Assembly: GCF_006345805.1 (NCBI RefSeq) | Contig: NC_043000.1 | Span: 59,458,001 to 59,522,000 of the forward strand | DNA from: Octopus sinensis | Lineage: Eukaryota | Length of the DNA stretch: 64,000 bases | Reading direction: 5' to 3' | Shown here: positions 13,201 to 26,700 of the stretch, one piece after another | Layout of the letters: every line of letters starts with the position of its first letter | How positions within the stretch are numbered: the stretch's first letter is position 1 | Made by a program: the position numbers and the translations under genes | The notes under the pieces: model-generated | Seen by the model: only the letters and a program-made list of their open reading frames with translations | What the model was told of the DNA's origin: nothing | Databases searched by the model: none

Positions 13201-16200
13201 AGTAGGAAAGACATAGAAATGATATGTATCTCAAGTGGAGGTTTGTTCTTTAATCTCAGATGCTATCTAGACCTTATGAGTATGCATATGTAGCAGGTAC
13301 ACAGCACCAAATATGTGAGCAAAAGAACTAAGTAGACACCAATGAATGAAATTGATTACATCACTTTAGTACTACAATTCTTATTAGGTAAATGCAACAA
13401 AGGAGATTGACATAAGAAATTCTATTTTAATAAAACTGCCAAAACATCATGTTAATTTTTAGCTTTTACAGCAATAGAGAAAAAGAAAAACAAAGTATCT
13501 GAAAAAATAAAAATTCTTTATCATTTGTTTTCTTAGCAAAATATAAGCCAAGAATATCTTATGATTACAAGTATCTATTGCAGCTAAATGGTACAAAATT
13601 ACTTTTAAATAGTATATAGACAATTTAAAAAAATTTTTATCTTTTAGTCAGAAAGGAAGGCAATGACATGCTCCATCATAGGGCCTCCAAGACTGGTGGA
13701 TGGAAGGGAGACATTTGCAAACAGAAAACCTAGTCCAGATGCTTGCAACAAAGTGGACTCTGCTGAAGGCATCCAAGGTGTCAGAATGAATTCAACAACC
13801 ATTCCTCTTTCAAATACAATATATGTATGCATTGAATAGGTAGAGAGATGCTAAGTAAAAAAGAAAAAAATGTGGGAGAGAGAGAAAGAAACAGAGAGAT
13901 AGTGAAAAAACTGATATAAAGAACAATGGGGAAATGGAAACAGTAAAACAAATGAAATAGCAGCTATTAAAAAAAAAAAACTCTACTTTTCAAATGTTTG
14001 CATAATAATTAACTTTGAGAGATATGAAGTAAATTATTTTTGTCAGTGTAACTCAAAATAAATAAACCTATGAATGTTGGATATTGGGTTGAAAATCTCT
14101 TGGATAGACAAAAGCTGAAGGCTGCCCAAGAGGTATTTTAATTTAATATTCTATGCACTATTATTTTGAGTTTCACGGTTAAAAATAAGTTACTAAATAT
14201 TTCTCGAAGTTTCTAAATTCTTATAATGTAAGCACATCTTACAATTCTCAATGGGAAGAACATGTAGCTTTGATTAATAGCCCTTTCTCGAGACCAATTT
14301 TCTTTCTAACTGTATATTCAACTGATGCATATTGAATAACTATAGTCAGTGATAGGTATGTTTAAAAAGTTCAGGCCATGACCTTTTCTGACCTTGATAA
14401 AACTGGTGATCAGCACAAACAAAACGTCAAGAGACTAAATACCTTGTCTTGAAATTATATCTTACTTGAACTGATAAAAGTAGAACCTGATATATTAAAA
14501 AAGTGTGCAGAGAGCTGTAACAATAGAGGAAGAGTTGGTAGTTTGTATCCAGAGACCCACATTACACTCTGTCAGTTGTCAAGGCAATCAAGTTCACTTA
14601 GTTTCAAGTAGGTACCACAGCAGTACTGTGGAATTGTGGAGTATTCTGTTCACTTTTAGAATAGAATTCAATCACGCCTGCAAGAAAATCTACCTCCAAC
14701 AGAGAAATGTACTGGCCAGAAGGAGATTTCTCTCTCAACTACTTAAGATTGCAGGAAGAGAAAATAAAACCCAGCCCTCAGGATCATTGACGTATCAATG
14801 ATCTGGATTAAAATGAATACACCTTCTACAAAACATATGGCCTTGTATCACCAGCATATGATTCTTTTTTTAACTGTACAATAAAAACAAAATATAGCCA
14901 AAAATTTATTAAACAGGAGTTTAAATCTGCTGCATGGTGTTACTTTGATTTCAGTTTTATAATGTAAAAGCAGTAGTAAATTCTTTCTGGTAGAGAATCT
15001 GAGAAGCAGTTGTGGGTACCATACAGGACTAACCAATTTTGTAAAAATATCCAGACAAGAATACTTCATAACAGATAAAAGGAAAGCAGTTTTAATTTAT
15101 GTTTCTAATTCCAGTGGGTCACAACTGGCAACATTTAGAATATCAGTTTGTAAGCTTTAGTGTCCCCCTTTTCTTCATGCACAGTTAGAGACATTGTCCA
15201 TTGAAATGTGTAAGTAACCAAGATAATTAACTCCCAACTGGCTCAGTTCACCTAGCTGTAAATTGATAACACAAGACAGGAACTATTTATTAAACTAGGA
15301 AATTGATGAGCATTTTATTAGTTTGCAACACTATTCCACTCTCATGGACTTGCAGTAATTCCACAAGTATTTAGTCTCAGACTACAGCACTTGAAATTAT
15401 CACAGCTCATCTTCTTACTGGATTCAGGCTTTGATTAAAGATACACTGAGTTCACTATGCACAAGTTCCATCACTAAGTGAATATCTTAATGTGGATGCT
15501 AAAAAGCGAACTCAGCACACACACCCTCGGGCAGGTGGCCCTGCTCGATCTGTAGGAAAGGTGTAGGTAGAAACTCCATAAGATGTACCCAGTGTAAGCT
15601 ATGGATGCATAAGAGGTGTAGCAACATCAAAGGGAAATTAACTGATAAGATGGCTTTCATGTGCGGCAGATGCACAGGGACAATAGACACCACAGATACT
15701 CAGAAAACAGATTCCATTGCACTCCAGGGGGAGAAACTAGAAGTAGTTGATAGTTTCCGCTACCTGGGTGACCAAGTTAGTAGTGGAGGTGGATGCTCAG
15801 AGAGTGTCACCACTAGAATACGAATAGCCTGGGCAAAGTTTAGAAAGCGCCTACCCCTACTGGCGACAAAGGATCTCTCGCTCAGAGTGAAAGGTAGATT
15901 GTATGATGCATGTGTGCAAACTGCCAAGCTTCACGGTAGTGAAACATGGGCGGTGACTGCAGAGGACATGCGTAGACTTGAAAGAAATGAAGCTAGCATG
16001 ATCTGCTGGATGTGTAATGTCAGTGTACGTGCACGACAGAGGGTAAGCACCCTGAGAGAAATGCTGGACATAAGAAGCATCAGATGTGGTGTGCAAGAGC
16101 GACGCTTGCGATGGTATGGTCATGTACTGCGGATGGATGAGGAGAGATGTGTGAAGTGCCACTCCCAAGCAGTTGAAGGTATCAGGGGAAGAGGTAGACC

Positions 16201-19200
16201 CAGGAAGACATGGGATGAGGTAGTCAAGCATGACCTCAGAGCGTTGGGCCTCACAGAGGCAATGACGAAGGACCGAGATCTCTGGAGGTATGCTGTGACT
16301 GCAAAGACCCGGGCTGCTTCCTGCACCACTCCCGCATAGCCCTGCCCATTCAAAGTACCTTGGATTCCAGAACATCCCGCTGTGCTTGAGGAGACCTATT
16401 GAGTTAAGTACATGAACATCAAAATAAATATCAATGGAAATAGTAGTTGTGATACCTGTGCCGGTGGCACATAAAAAGCACCATCCGAACGTGGCCGATG
16501 CCAGCGCCGCCTCGACTGGCTTCTGTGCCGGTAGCACGTTAAAAGCACCAACCGATCGTGGCCGATGCCAGACTCCCCTGGCACCTGTGCCGGTGGCACG
16601 TAAAAAGCACCCACTACACTCGCGGAGTGGTTGGTGTTAGGAAGGGCATCCAGCTGTAGAAACACTGCCAGATCAGACTGGAGCCTGGTGCAACCCCTGG
16701 CTTCCCAGACCCCGGTCAAACTGTCCAACCTGTGCTGGCGCGGAAAACAGACGTTAAACGATGATGATGAATAACTGTACAACTAACAACTGTTTCATTA
16801 CCTTGCAACAATGAGTACAAATTCTCCCATGGACACAAACTAGTATTGCTTTTTCCAACCATTTAATGTCATGAAACTAAGATAAACTCCAGCATATCCT
16901 CATACAGTGGCTGTCATACTCAAGAATCTATGCCAAGCTTAGCTTCAATCAATAGTAACCTTCAATACCACAAACCCACCAATGCTCCAGTAATACTTCC
17001 ACTGGAACTATGCTAAATGAATCAAAAGAAATAATGAATGTTTTAACACCTTACCTCGAAGAAATGTCGATATCGCTTGTTTTTACACAATTCTTTCAAC
17101 TGATCACAGGCATGAGGGTGATTGTTGCAGTAATCTGAATATATTTCAAAACCTTTCCTCTGTAATACAATACACAAACATATCTTTTAGAAATAAAAAA
17201 AAAAACAAAAAAAAAAAAAACAATTTTATCATTACTTTTCATTACTATTGTATTGAGCTTTTTCTGGTGCAAGGGACTAAGTAATATTGCATCAGTTCAT
17301 TTGCAGTTTGAGAAAAAAGTTCCATAGGTAAGAAGGTTCTGAAAAGAGAGATTGCATGCAATGTTCAGTGTGGCTTTCAAGATAAGATGGAGTTTAGGGT
17401 CAATTCAAGCATATTGAAACTGAAGCAAGCAAATTCTCAAGAATGGCATGTTTTAATATACCAGCAGAAAGAGGATATAACATGGCACAAAGTCATAGAG
17501 AGGTATTTGATAACTTCTTTTCTTAGGTCCTAAATGTAAATGCATGAATGTATATGCTTAGGAAAACTATGCACACATGTACACATGAGAAGATCTAAAA
17601 GAGAAGAAATAATGTGTGTATGTATGTGTGTGTGTATAAATATATATATGGTGGTTGTCTACGCCTTATGCAGAGTTTGACCACCTCCTGTACCTACACC
17701 TTAGAACCCTCATGGCATCTGATGTAGTTTTTTAAACCAGACGATGTTCCGAAAAGGCACCCACATAGATTGCACATCTGATTTGGAAGTTATCAAATAC
17801 CTCTCTATGACTATGTGGATCTTAAAATGAGTTGTGTGTGTGTGTATATATATATAGTTAATCCAAACAAGAAAACACAGAAAAAAAGAGAAAAAAACAC
17901 AGCAACGCAGGACGTGGAACAATTAAAGTATTATTGACGCTCAGGAAAGAAGGGAAGGAGGGTTTAACGTTTCGAGCGGAGCTCTTCGTCGGAAACAAGG
18001 AGAAGGAAAGATCCAAAGAAGGGAAGACAGAGGAAAAAATATTTGAGCTGGTGGTGCTCAAGAGATCACATGTTGAAAGAACAGAAGTTGAGAGGTAGTC
18101 GAATCGTGGTTTTTAAAAGCAAGAGAGTTTCAAAAAAGGAATGCGTGTGTGTGTGTGTGTGCAAGGATGACAAGTGTGTTTGTGCGTGTGTGTGTGTGTG
18201 TGTATTTTTGGTGAATAATAAGCAATGACAAAGTCAGCTGTCATAAGGCACTCCTTTATGACTACTAGCTGTTTGTATCAAGCCAGGTCAAAAAACAATG
18301 TATCATGTGCTATATGTATCATGTGTGTGTGTGTGCATGTGTGTGTTCGTGTGTGTATGCGTAGAGTGTGGGTGTGTGGCGAGTAACAGCTTAACCTAGT
18401 GCGTGTGTGCTTGTACGTGCATGTGTGTAGGGATGTATGTGTGGGTTCATTTGTGTGAGAGTATGTATGTACGTGTATGTGTGTGCGTTTGTATGTGTTT
18501 GTGTGTATGTGTGCGTGCGTGGATAGGTGTATATTGTGTATGTATATCTGTCGGTGTGTATGTGAGTTTGTGTGTGTTTGTACGTGTGTATGTGTGTGTG
18601 AGTGTATAGTATATATATATGTAAATGTGTGTGTGTGTGTGTGTACGTGCGTGCGAGTGAATGTATGTATATATGTGTGCGTGTGTGTAAAATGTAGAGG
18701 CTTATATGTGTGTTTATATGTATGCGTGTATGTGTATGTATGTATATGTATGCGTGTGTGTATGTATGTGTGTATGTATGTATGCGTGTGTGTATGTGTG
18801 TGTGTATGTATGTATGTGTGTGTATGTATGTGTGTATGTGTATGTATGTACATACACACATACATACATACATACATACATACATACATACACACAATTT
18901 ATTAGACAGAAAAATTAGAAGAAATACATTTTTCAATTTCACTGTCAAAGGTTCATTAGCAAGTCTAACAAGGAATTGCCAACAAAACTGAAGTCACAGC
19001 AATTCTGTCTAATAGATTATTTACATTAAACTCATACATTAAATCTTTTTCCAATGAATGTTACTTACTTTTAATAATATTATTAAAAACACTAACTTTA
19101 AATATATTTATGTGTGCGTGTGTGTGTGTGTATATAAGTATGCACACCAAAAAGTGCTTTGATTCAAATTGGCACTATTTCCACTGTCATTAAGTATCTT

Positions 19201-20685
19201 TTAAAGTGTAACATATTATTGAGGGTGTTGGCAGTCTACCATATCTCCATGTAAAGGAAATAGATTTTAAAACTTATTTTTGATTGCCTGATCTCCTTCC
19301 CTCAACATACCAGTCTCCTATTTAATGCTTTTTACTTAAAAAAAAAACCCAAACATTTTAAACTTGTATTAACTAACAACAAACCTTTCAATATGCTGCC
19401 AACCATTCCACCATTCTTGTGGAACTACAATGTACTCCAAATGGACTACCATTTGTACTACAGCTCTTAGAAAAACATTTGCTATAACATTTTCTAAATC
19501 ACTAAATAAACAACACCAGGCAAATTTCAATAAGTCACTTGTATCAAAATGATTTTCTGTTTAATTCATTGTAATTTGTTATGTCCACTCCAGACTTAAT
19601 CACAATAATCACTCACAGTAATCTAATTTATTGTTCCTGAGTAACCTAAATTTCCAGTTTTAAGTGTTTAACATTATTCAATCAATCAATCAATCATGTT
19701 CTATCAAATTTATTAATGGTCACAATATAATACTTAAGCTTCTATTAACTTAAACAGAATTTACAATTTTTTAGAGGAGAGAGGGCAACTCAGACGACCT
19801 CTTAAGACAGCTGGAGAAAAAAAATGTAAAATGTATAACTCGCAGGTTATCCTCCAACTTGAGATCTGGTTCAAATGGACCCCCAACTTAAAAACCCTCA
19901 AGAGCCAGATTATGGTGTTAAACTGGTGACAGAGTATGTTGACCACCCAAATTGCTTTAACATTAACCAGATATAATCTCAACATAAAAAAGTTAATTAT
20001 AATTTCAGACTGTCTTATGCTTTAACCCTTTTGTTACCTTATTTTTGTTGAAATACATTACTTCTGCTTCAATTAATTTTGAAAATAATGAAGAATTTAG
20101 TAAAATAACTGTCATCATTAAGTTAGTATACGGCAAGGAGCTAGCAGAATTGTTAGCATGCTAGACAAAATGCTTAGTGGCATTTCTTTAGGCTTGATAT
20201 TCAGAATTCAAATTCTGCTGGGGTTGACTTTGTCATTCATCCTTTTGGGAGTTGATAAAGTAAGTACCATTGGAGCACTGGAGTTCATGTAATCTCCCAA
20301 AATCTTAAACTGGTGTTTAGAACACAAATTGAAAATTCTAATCACTTTAAAACAGGAAGTTTGTATTACAGAACCAGGAATAGTCTCAGGCAGGTTGGTA
20401 TCAAAAGGGTTAAGGTGTTTATTAAAATAATTAGCACTTTAAAGACTGCAGAGTTACTTACATGTTCAATAAAACAATGACCCACTTCACTTTGGTGTAA
20501 GTCATCTTTGAGACTGACTTCAAGACTTTTGAAGAACTTTTTAGAAAAAGTGTATATATCCTCCAAATTGCCGAAAATGGTAGAAATCTTGTCGTCTGGA
20601 AACATGTCTGGCCTTTTCTTGGCTTGAACAACATAACCCTAAAAAGTAAAACAATATAAAAGTAAACCGTTTATATATTGTATTG

Positions 20686-20740
<55 letters not shown>

Positions 20741-23700
20741 CACATACACACAGAGAAAGAAAGTGACAGAAAGAAAAGAAACGAGTTCTCCACTGAGAGA
20801 GAGATAGAGAGAACAAAAACCATGTAAATTAATGAGAGATGAAACCAGATGTACATAATGTTGTATCTGGTCATCACAATCACATACCAAAGCTTTTGTG
20901 TCAGACAAAATACCTTGTGGTATTTAATCAAGGTCCCAAATCTATTTAAATCCCACTTAGATTGATTTTTGCCTTTTGTCTTTCAGGAGTTTTCACAATC
21001 AATAAGTACCAGTCAAGTACCAGAATTAATACAATGAATATTTGTGATCACCAAAAGCAGTCAAGCAACTGACATGTTATTTTTTATTAGTGTGGGGGAT
21101 AAATCAATGGTAATAATTATTCAGTGAATTAACTGCATGTTATAACCACATCTAGAAGTTTATTAAATTGGTCAATAATTGTTTCTAGTATTGGTACAAG
21201 ATATGAAATTTTGGAGGAGGTGGTTAGTAGTACTTGACTGGTTCTTTATTTTATCAACCTTGGAGAGATGAAAGACAAAGGTGACCACAGTGGAATTTGT
21301 GGTAGAAGAAATGCTACAAGGTATTTTGTGAAACACTCAAATGAATCCACCAATTCACCACATTCATAATCAATAAGTCATTATTATTAATCAATGTTAC
21401 TTGGTAATTGGAAGCTTTGACAAACACTGCAAAGTTTAGTTGGTTACTACAAGCCTTGTGAGTTTCTTTATCAAGAGATTTAAACAGTGCTCTTGATGCT
21501 TAGCAAGGTAGTAACACTGAAGTAGCAAGCTTAACTCACCCAAAATGGATCAAGTCTTAAACAATGCATTGGTTAACTTACTTGTAAAACATCATCCAAC
21601 TGGTGAACATATTCTCTCTCAGCAGAGATTATCTCATTAATTACATTGGTTCGGGCCTGGTTACTGTTGAACTGGTGAGTTTTACCAACATTGGAGGATG
21701 AGTCCTTACTGGAATCAGCACCTTCTAACTTAGCTGCTTCTTCTAAATGATGGTCTTGATTGGCTCGCAACTAAAATGAAATGAAATAAAATACTTAATT
21801 TACCTGTAAAACCAAACAATTTATGGAAAATTAGATTATACTTCAAGAAACAAACTAGTTAATAATAGCATGTAAATTTTCCAGCTTTAGGAAATTATCA
21901 ACTTGGAAAATATCTTAATTCCTGATAATGTATAAAGATATATAAAATTGCTTTTGATTATCAAAATTCAAACAGAAAATATGTTGGAAATTTGTTTAGG
22001 AAGGTACAGTTTATTGCATTGACTGCAAAACAGAACTGGCACTTATTTTATAAAGTCTATCATCACTCGACATACCATAAAACCCCGTGTAATTTATATA
22101 CTTTTCGCAAAAACAAAAATAAACTTTAGGGGTGTGTAAATTACATGAGTAGATCATTTCCAGAATTTTTTAGAAATTTTTTTGTTGAAAAATGACGTAT
22201 GGGAAGTTGATTCATTTAATGTCAGAATAGGTTTTTACAGAAAAAAATGATGATTTTTATTTATGCTGGACAGTATAACGCTTACTTTTTCAGTATAAAT
22301 TTACTAAAACCATTAAATGGTTAACTACATTTTAAAGTTTGACGTTCATGCTAGTAATTATGGCCCAGGCCATATTTTACATTGCTTGGAGTTTCTACCT
22401 ATTGCAATGGAGCCCAGCATTTTCCTTAAATAGATCAGTTTTTCTCCGCTTAGGGAGTCTAGCTTACATTTGCACCAGGAAGCTATTTGCTCGCTTTCTT
22501 CACATTACGACACAATGAAATTCCTCACAGCTGATATTTGCATCTAACGTCAACCACAACACCATAGCTCATCCTTGTGCATGTAAACTCACTAAGTGAA
22601 TATGACTTAGCATTCCTACAGAAACCTTCATTTACCTTATATGATGTTTAATGTTGTTTCACATTCATGTTGAATTATGCAGCAATCTTATGTTCTCTTC
22701 ATAGAACACTTGTAATGTATGTATTATCAGTTCTTTTGGTATAGTAGATTTTTGCTATTCTTGCTTATGTCTCCTCACAGATGTGTATATTCTAACAAGT
22801 CGCTTCTTAAATTTTGCATAACTCTTGTTAAACTTGCAAAGCTGTTTATTTTCTCCTTTCAATTTTTCATGTTTATTTTAACGGGTTACTAAACTATCAC
22901 TTTGGTTGCATGGTTAAAATGGGAATGACAAATTTTAAAGTTTGCTTGACATTTTATAAGTGTGAAAGGGATTAAAAGTTCAATACTCTGCATCAAAATG
23001 TTCCGACAAGAATAGGCAAAAAATCAGAGCTTGAGACAAGACACTTTTGATCAGAATTCTGTTTACATAATCAGTTTGATCGGTCACCTTCCTCTGTCGG
23101 TCGAGTAAAGTGCCATCCAAGCTGATGTTTATTGGTAATGAAACTTATTTTGCAACACTTGTGCATATTTATCAGCTTTGTTTTTGTTGATAAGAACTAT
23201 CAACAACTTTTCCTGTGATCGTGATTTGAGAAGACATTCAGAAGTATGCTAAAGATCGGACATAATCTCTTGTGGGCAAGAAATGTAAAAATAAAGTTTA
23301 TTATAAACAAGTCAAACTCTTCATAATTTAATAGCTTTCAATGTGATACCTGTTAAAACAGAAATCATTTTTATTTAATGAAAATTTAATAAAATCTATA
23401 AGTAAAATTATGCTAAAACCTTTACTCCCTGGCCATATCGGCAATTCTGAAAACGTTTGGGTGTAAATTTTACATGAGTAGAAGCATTTTTAAAAATAAT
23501 TTTTATCCTGAAAATCACCTGCGTAAATTACACAGGTGCGCAAATTACATGGGTTTTTACGGAACTTGAAATAGAAGCAATACTGAATAATATATTCCTT
23601 GATAAACTTTTCCTGAAAATAATTTGGGGTGGCCATGGCTGACCTGGGATTAAGTTAACAAAAATGGGACAAAAGGCAAATTAATTCTGACAGGAACTGA

Positions 23701-26700
23701 ATTCAGAATGTAGAGAGAGAACTAAATTCTGTTAGTTTTCTCATACTCTATTTCTGATCCTCCAGTGCCCTTCAAAAAGAAAATATAATGGACTGTTACA
23801 ATTTGGATTAAATAAATAAAAAAAACTATATAAAAACTGATATTTGTTTTTAGGTATAATATATCAGCAGTTTGTTCAATTGGGTCCATGATGTAGAACT
23901 CCATACAGAAGTGCAGGAGGAAGATGGTGTGATAAATTTGTGAGCAGAAGGGGAAAAAAGTGGTGGTGAAGTTAAAGACTCTAAAAGAAAGTACAAAATT
24001 ATCTATCTAGGCTTATTCAGTCATCCAGTAACTTAGCAAATGAAATATTCTGTTTAGACCACCAATCCTAAATTAGATATCTTTCTCTTTACAAGATAGA
24101 TTCCATAATAAAATGGGTCGGACATCTGGCAGCCAAAGCAAAACTATCACATTCAACATCCATAAGGCATATAAAAAAGAAAGCAAAAAATGAAAGGAAG
24201 AAATTAGCTGATAGCATATGGTAACTTAGAAATACAAGAATCATTTAAAGCATCATAGATTTTCTGAATTTTTTGGCAATTGCAAAAAGCAGTGAAGAGA
24301 ACTGTGCATTTCTACTAATTTTCTAAAAGATCTATTATTAAACACCTGAATAAACTACACCATATCAAAACACCTTTAAATAGAAAAAAAACTAATGCTT
24401 GAGTACATTTATTTGAAGTAAAAATATTTGTCTTTCTTTCCTAAGTTCTTTTCTGCATTATCTTGTTTATTTAGTAAATAGAATAGGTTTCAAATAAAGA
24501 ATTCCCTTGATTCAGGTTAAATATTCTGAATAAGAATTTACTAAACCAAACATTGATACAATTAATAACTCATCATTAAGACAAATATGTCTGATTACAA
24601 ATGCACATGTATCTGCACACAATACACACATGCATCAAACATATTTAAATGCATGCTCATACGCTTACACGTAGACATTTACCATTTTCTTAGATCTAGT
24701 ACTGTGTACCTAAATATGTAATGTCTATGTGTATCTTTTATCCTTCGTTTCAGTCACTGGACTGCAGCCATGCTAAGACAATGCCATGAAGGCTATTGTC
24801 AAACATACATACACACTATATATATATATATATCTATACATATATACATACACATACACAATGAGTTTCTTTCAGTACCTGTTCTACAAGATACACTCAC
24901 AAGGCTTTGGTTGGTACAGAACAATAGTAGAGATTTTCCTAAGGTGCCATGTTGTCTGAACCCAGAATAATGTGGTTGGGAAGCAAATTTTTTACCACAC
25001 AACCACGCCTGTGCCTGTATGTATATGCAATCAAATGTCTTAATGACGACTAATTAATTGTATCTATGTGTATTAATGCGAGGGTACATTTAATGATAAA
25101 TGAATACAACGTGATGTCCTCCCTAATTCTAAAGGTGGAACTTGTTGGCAGGTAAGTAGATTGAGATAAACAGAGTAATGTAACATTGCTTGGCAGTACA
25201 ATATGACTGATGGCAAAATTTGAATGTAATTTTCCCCCAGTCTTGAGCTTCATATTGTTTTCAAATTTATATAAACATATATGCTTTAAATATGTAAGAC
25301 TAGATTATGTACTGTCACAAAATTAATTTTACTAAATAGAAAATGAGAGTGCAACTAGCTATAGTTTTGTATGAATATCCTCTTAAGCAACACGGTTTGG
25401 TTCTTCATTTCTGATAGCAAATAAATGAAATCTCTACTTAATGTAATGAAAACTTAAGCTTTTACTTAAATCTGCAGCAGCATGCTTGGACTTTGAAAGG
25501 AATGAAAAAAATGGTGATATTATATACATAAGAAATCCATGCTGAATCTATTTTTCACAATATCAAAATTTAGTAAACAAGACTGTCTTCAAAAGATTGC
25601 ATGTAAAAATTAAGGAAGAAGAATATAGTATTATAAATCAGGAATGAAGAAAATCTAGTAAATTAATAGGAAATACTCTTAAAACCAAAATAATTCCCAA
25701 CCCACATACTTCAGTCTTTTACAATGACTGAGTGGCGATAAATTTCAAGTTAGAATGCTTACTTGACTGGAAAGAAAAGCCACAAGGAAAAAAGTAAAAA
25801 GAAATCTTTTATGCTACGATCAGAGAAAGGGGGATGATGTAATTATAGAGCAAGAAGATGCACACTGATAGATATGGAAAAAGTGACACAGAATCCTTAG
25901 ACAAAGAGATTAAAGAATGTTTGAGAAAAAGACAGATCAAGAGATAAGAGACAGCTTAATGAAATGTATACTTACTCTGACAAAATTTGCAGGGAACCAG
26001 CCATCTTTATCTTCAAGAATTCCCCACCACCAATCTTTATCTATCATGTCTGTTACTTTGATGACCTCACCAGCGCGGAAGGCTAGCTCATCTGGGTCCA
26101 TTGTAACATGGTCCCATAAGGCTTCAGCGTATGTGAGATTTTCTGTCTCGAAAATCTGAATAAGAAAACAAAAAGATTTGTAATTAGTTCAAACTTCACA
26201 GTTTACATTTTATTTAAAAATAAACTTTCTGAACACAAGCTTACAAAAATATTTAATCATTTAAAAATCTATTTTGTTAAGAATTTTTACAATATAAATA
26301 TCATAAGGAAATGTATAAGTACTTAATATTTACCATTTTCCTCTTTTGAAAACTATTTAGAATGATGATTGTAGTAATGATTTCAAAGAAAATAATGACA
26401 CATACAAAAACTGTGTCTTATTCTAAAACAATTATAATTCCATGAAATAAAAAAAAAAACATATGGGCCCAACAACTAAAGGATAAATTTCAACCTAGTT
26501 AAGTCTCATCAGCTTCAGTGCTGTTAGTACTATGTTCTTTCAGCCACATTGCTCACATAGTCAAACTAAAGTCATCTGGTGGAGTAGATTTGGCAAGTGA
26601 TGTGTGAAGGAAATTAAGTAACACCCTATTTGTGAGGATGTTGAAGTTTCAAACATATTCATAGATAAAATGACTGATAATGATTATAGAAGAGCATAGC

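Noticed and set aside
15857-16782. 226-aa and 128-aa minus-strand ORFs
   Set aside because: Antisense shadows of the GC-richer RTE fragment.
18278-18991. Long ORFs rich in H/T/Y or C/V/M (also at 20639, 34690, 46132 and 62692)
   Set aside because: They are translations of (CA)/(TG)/(TA) microsatellites, not proteins.
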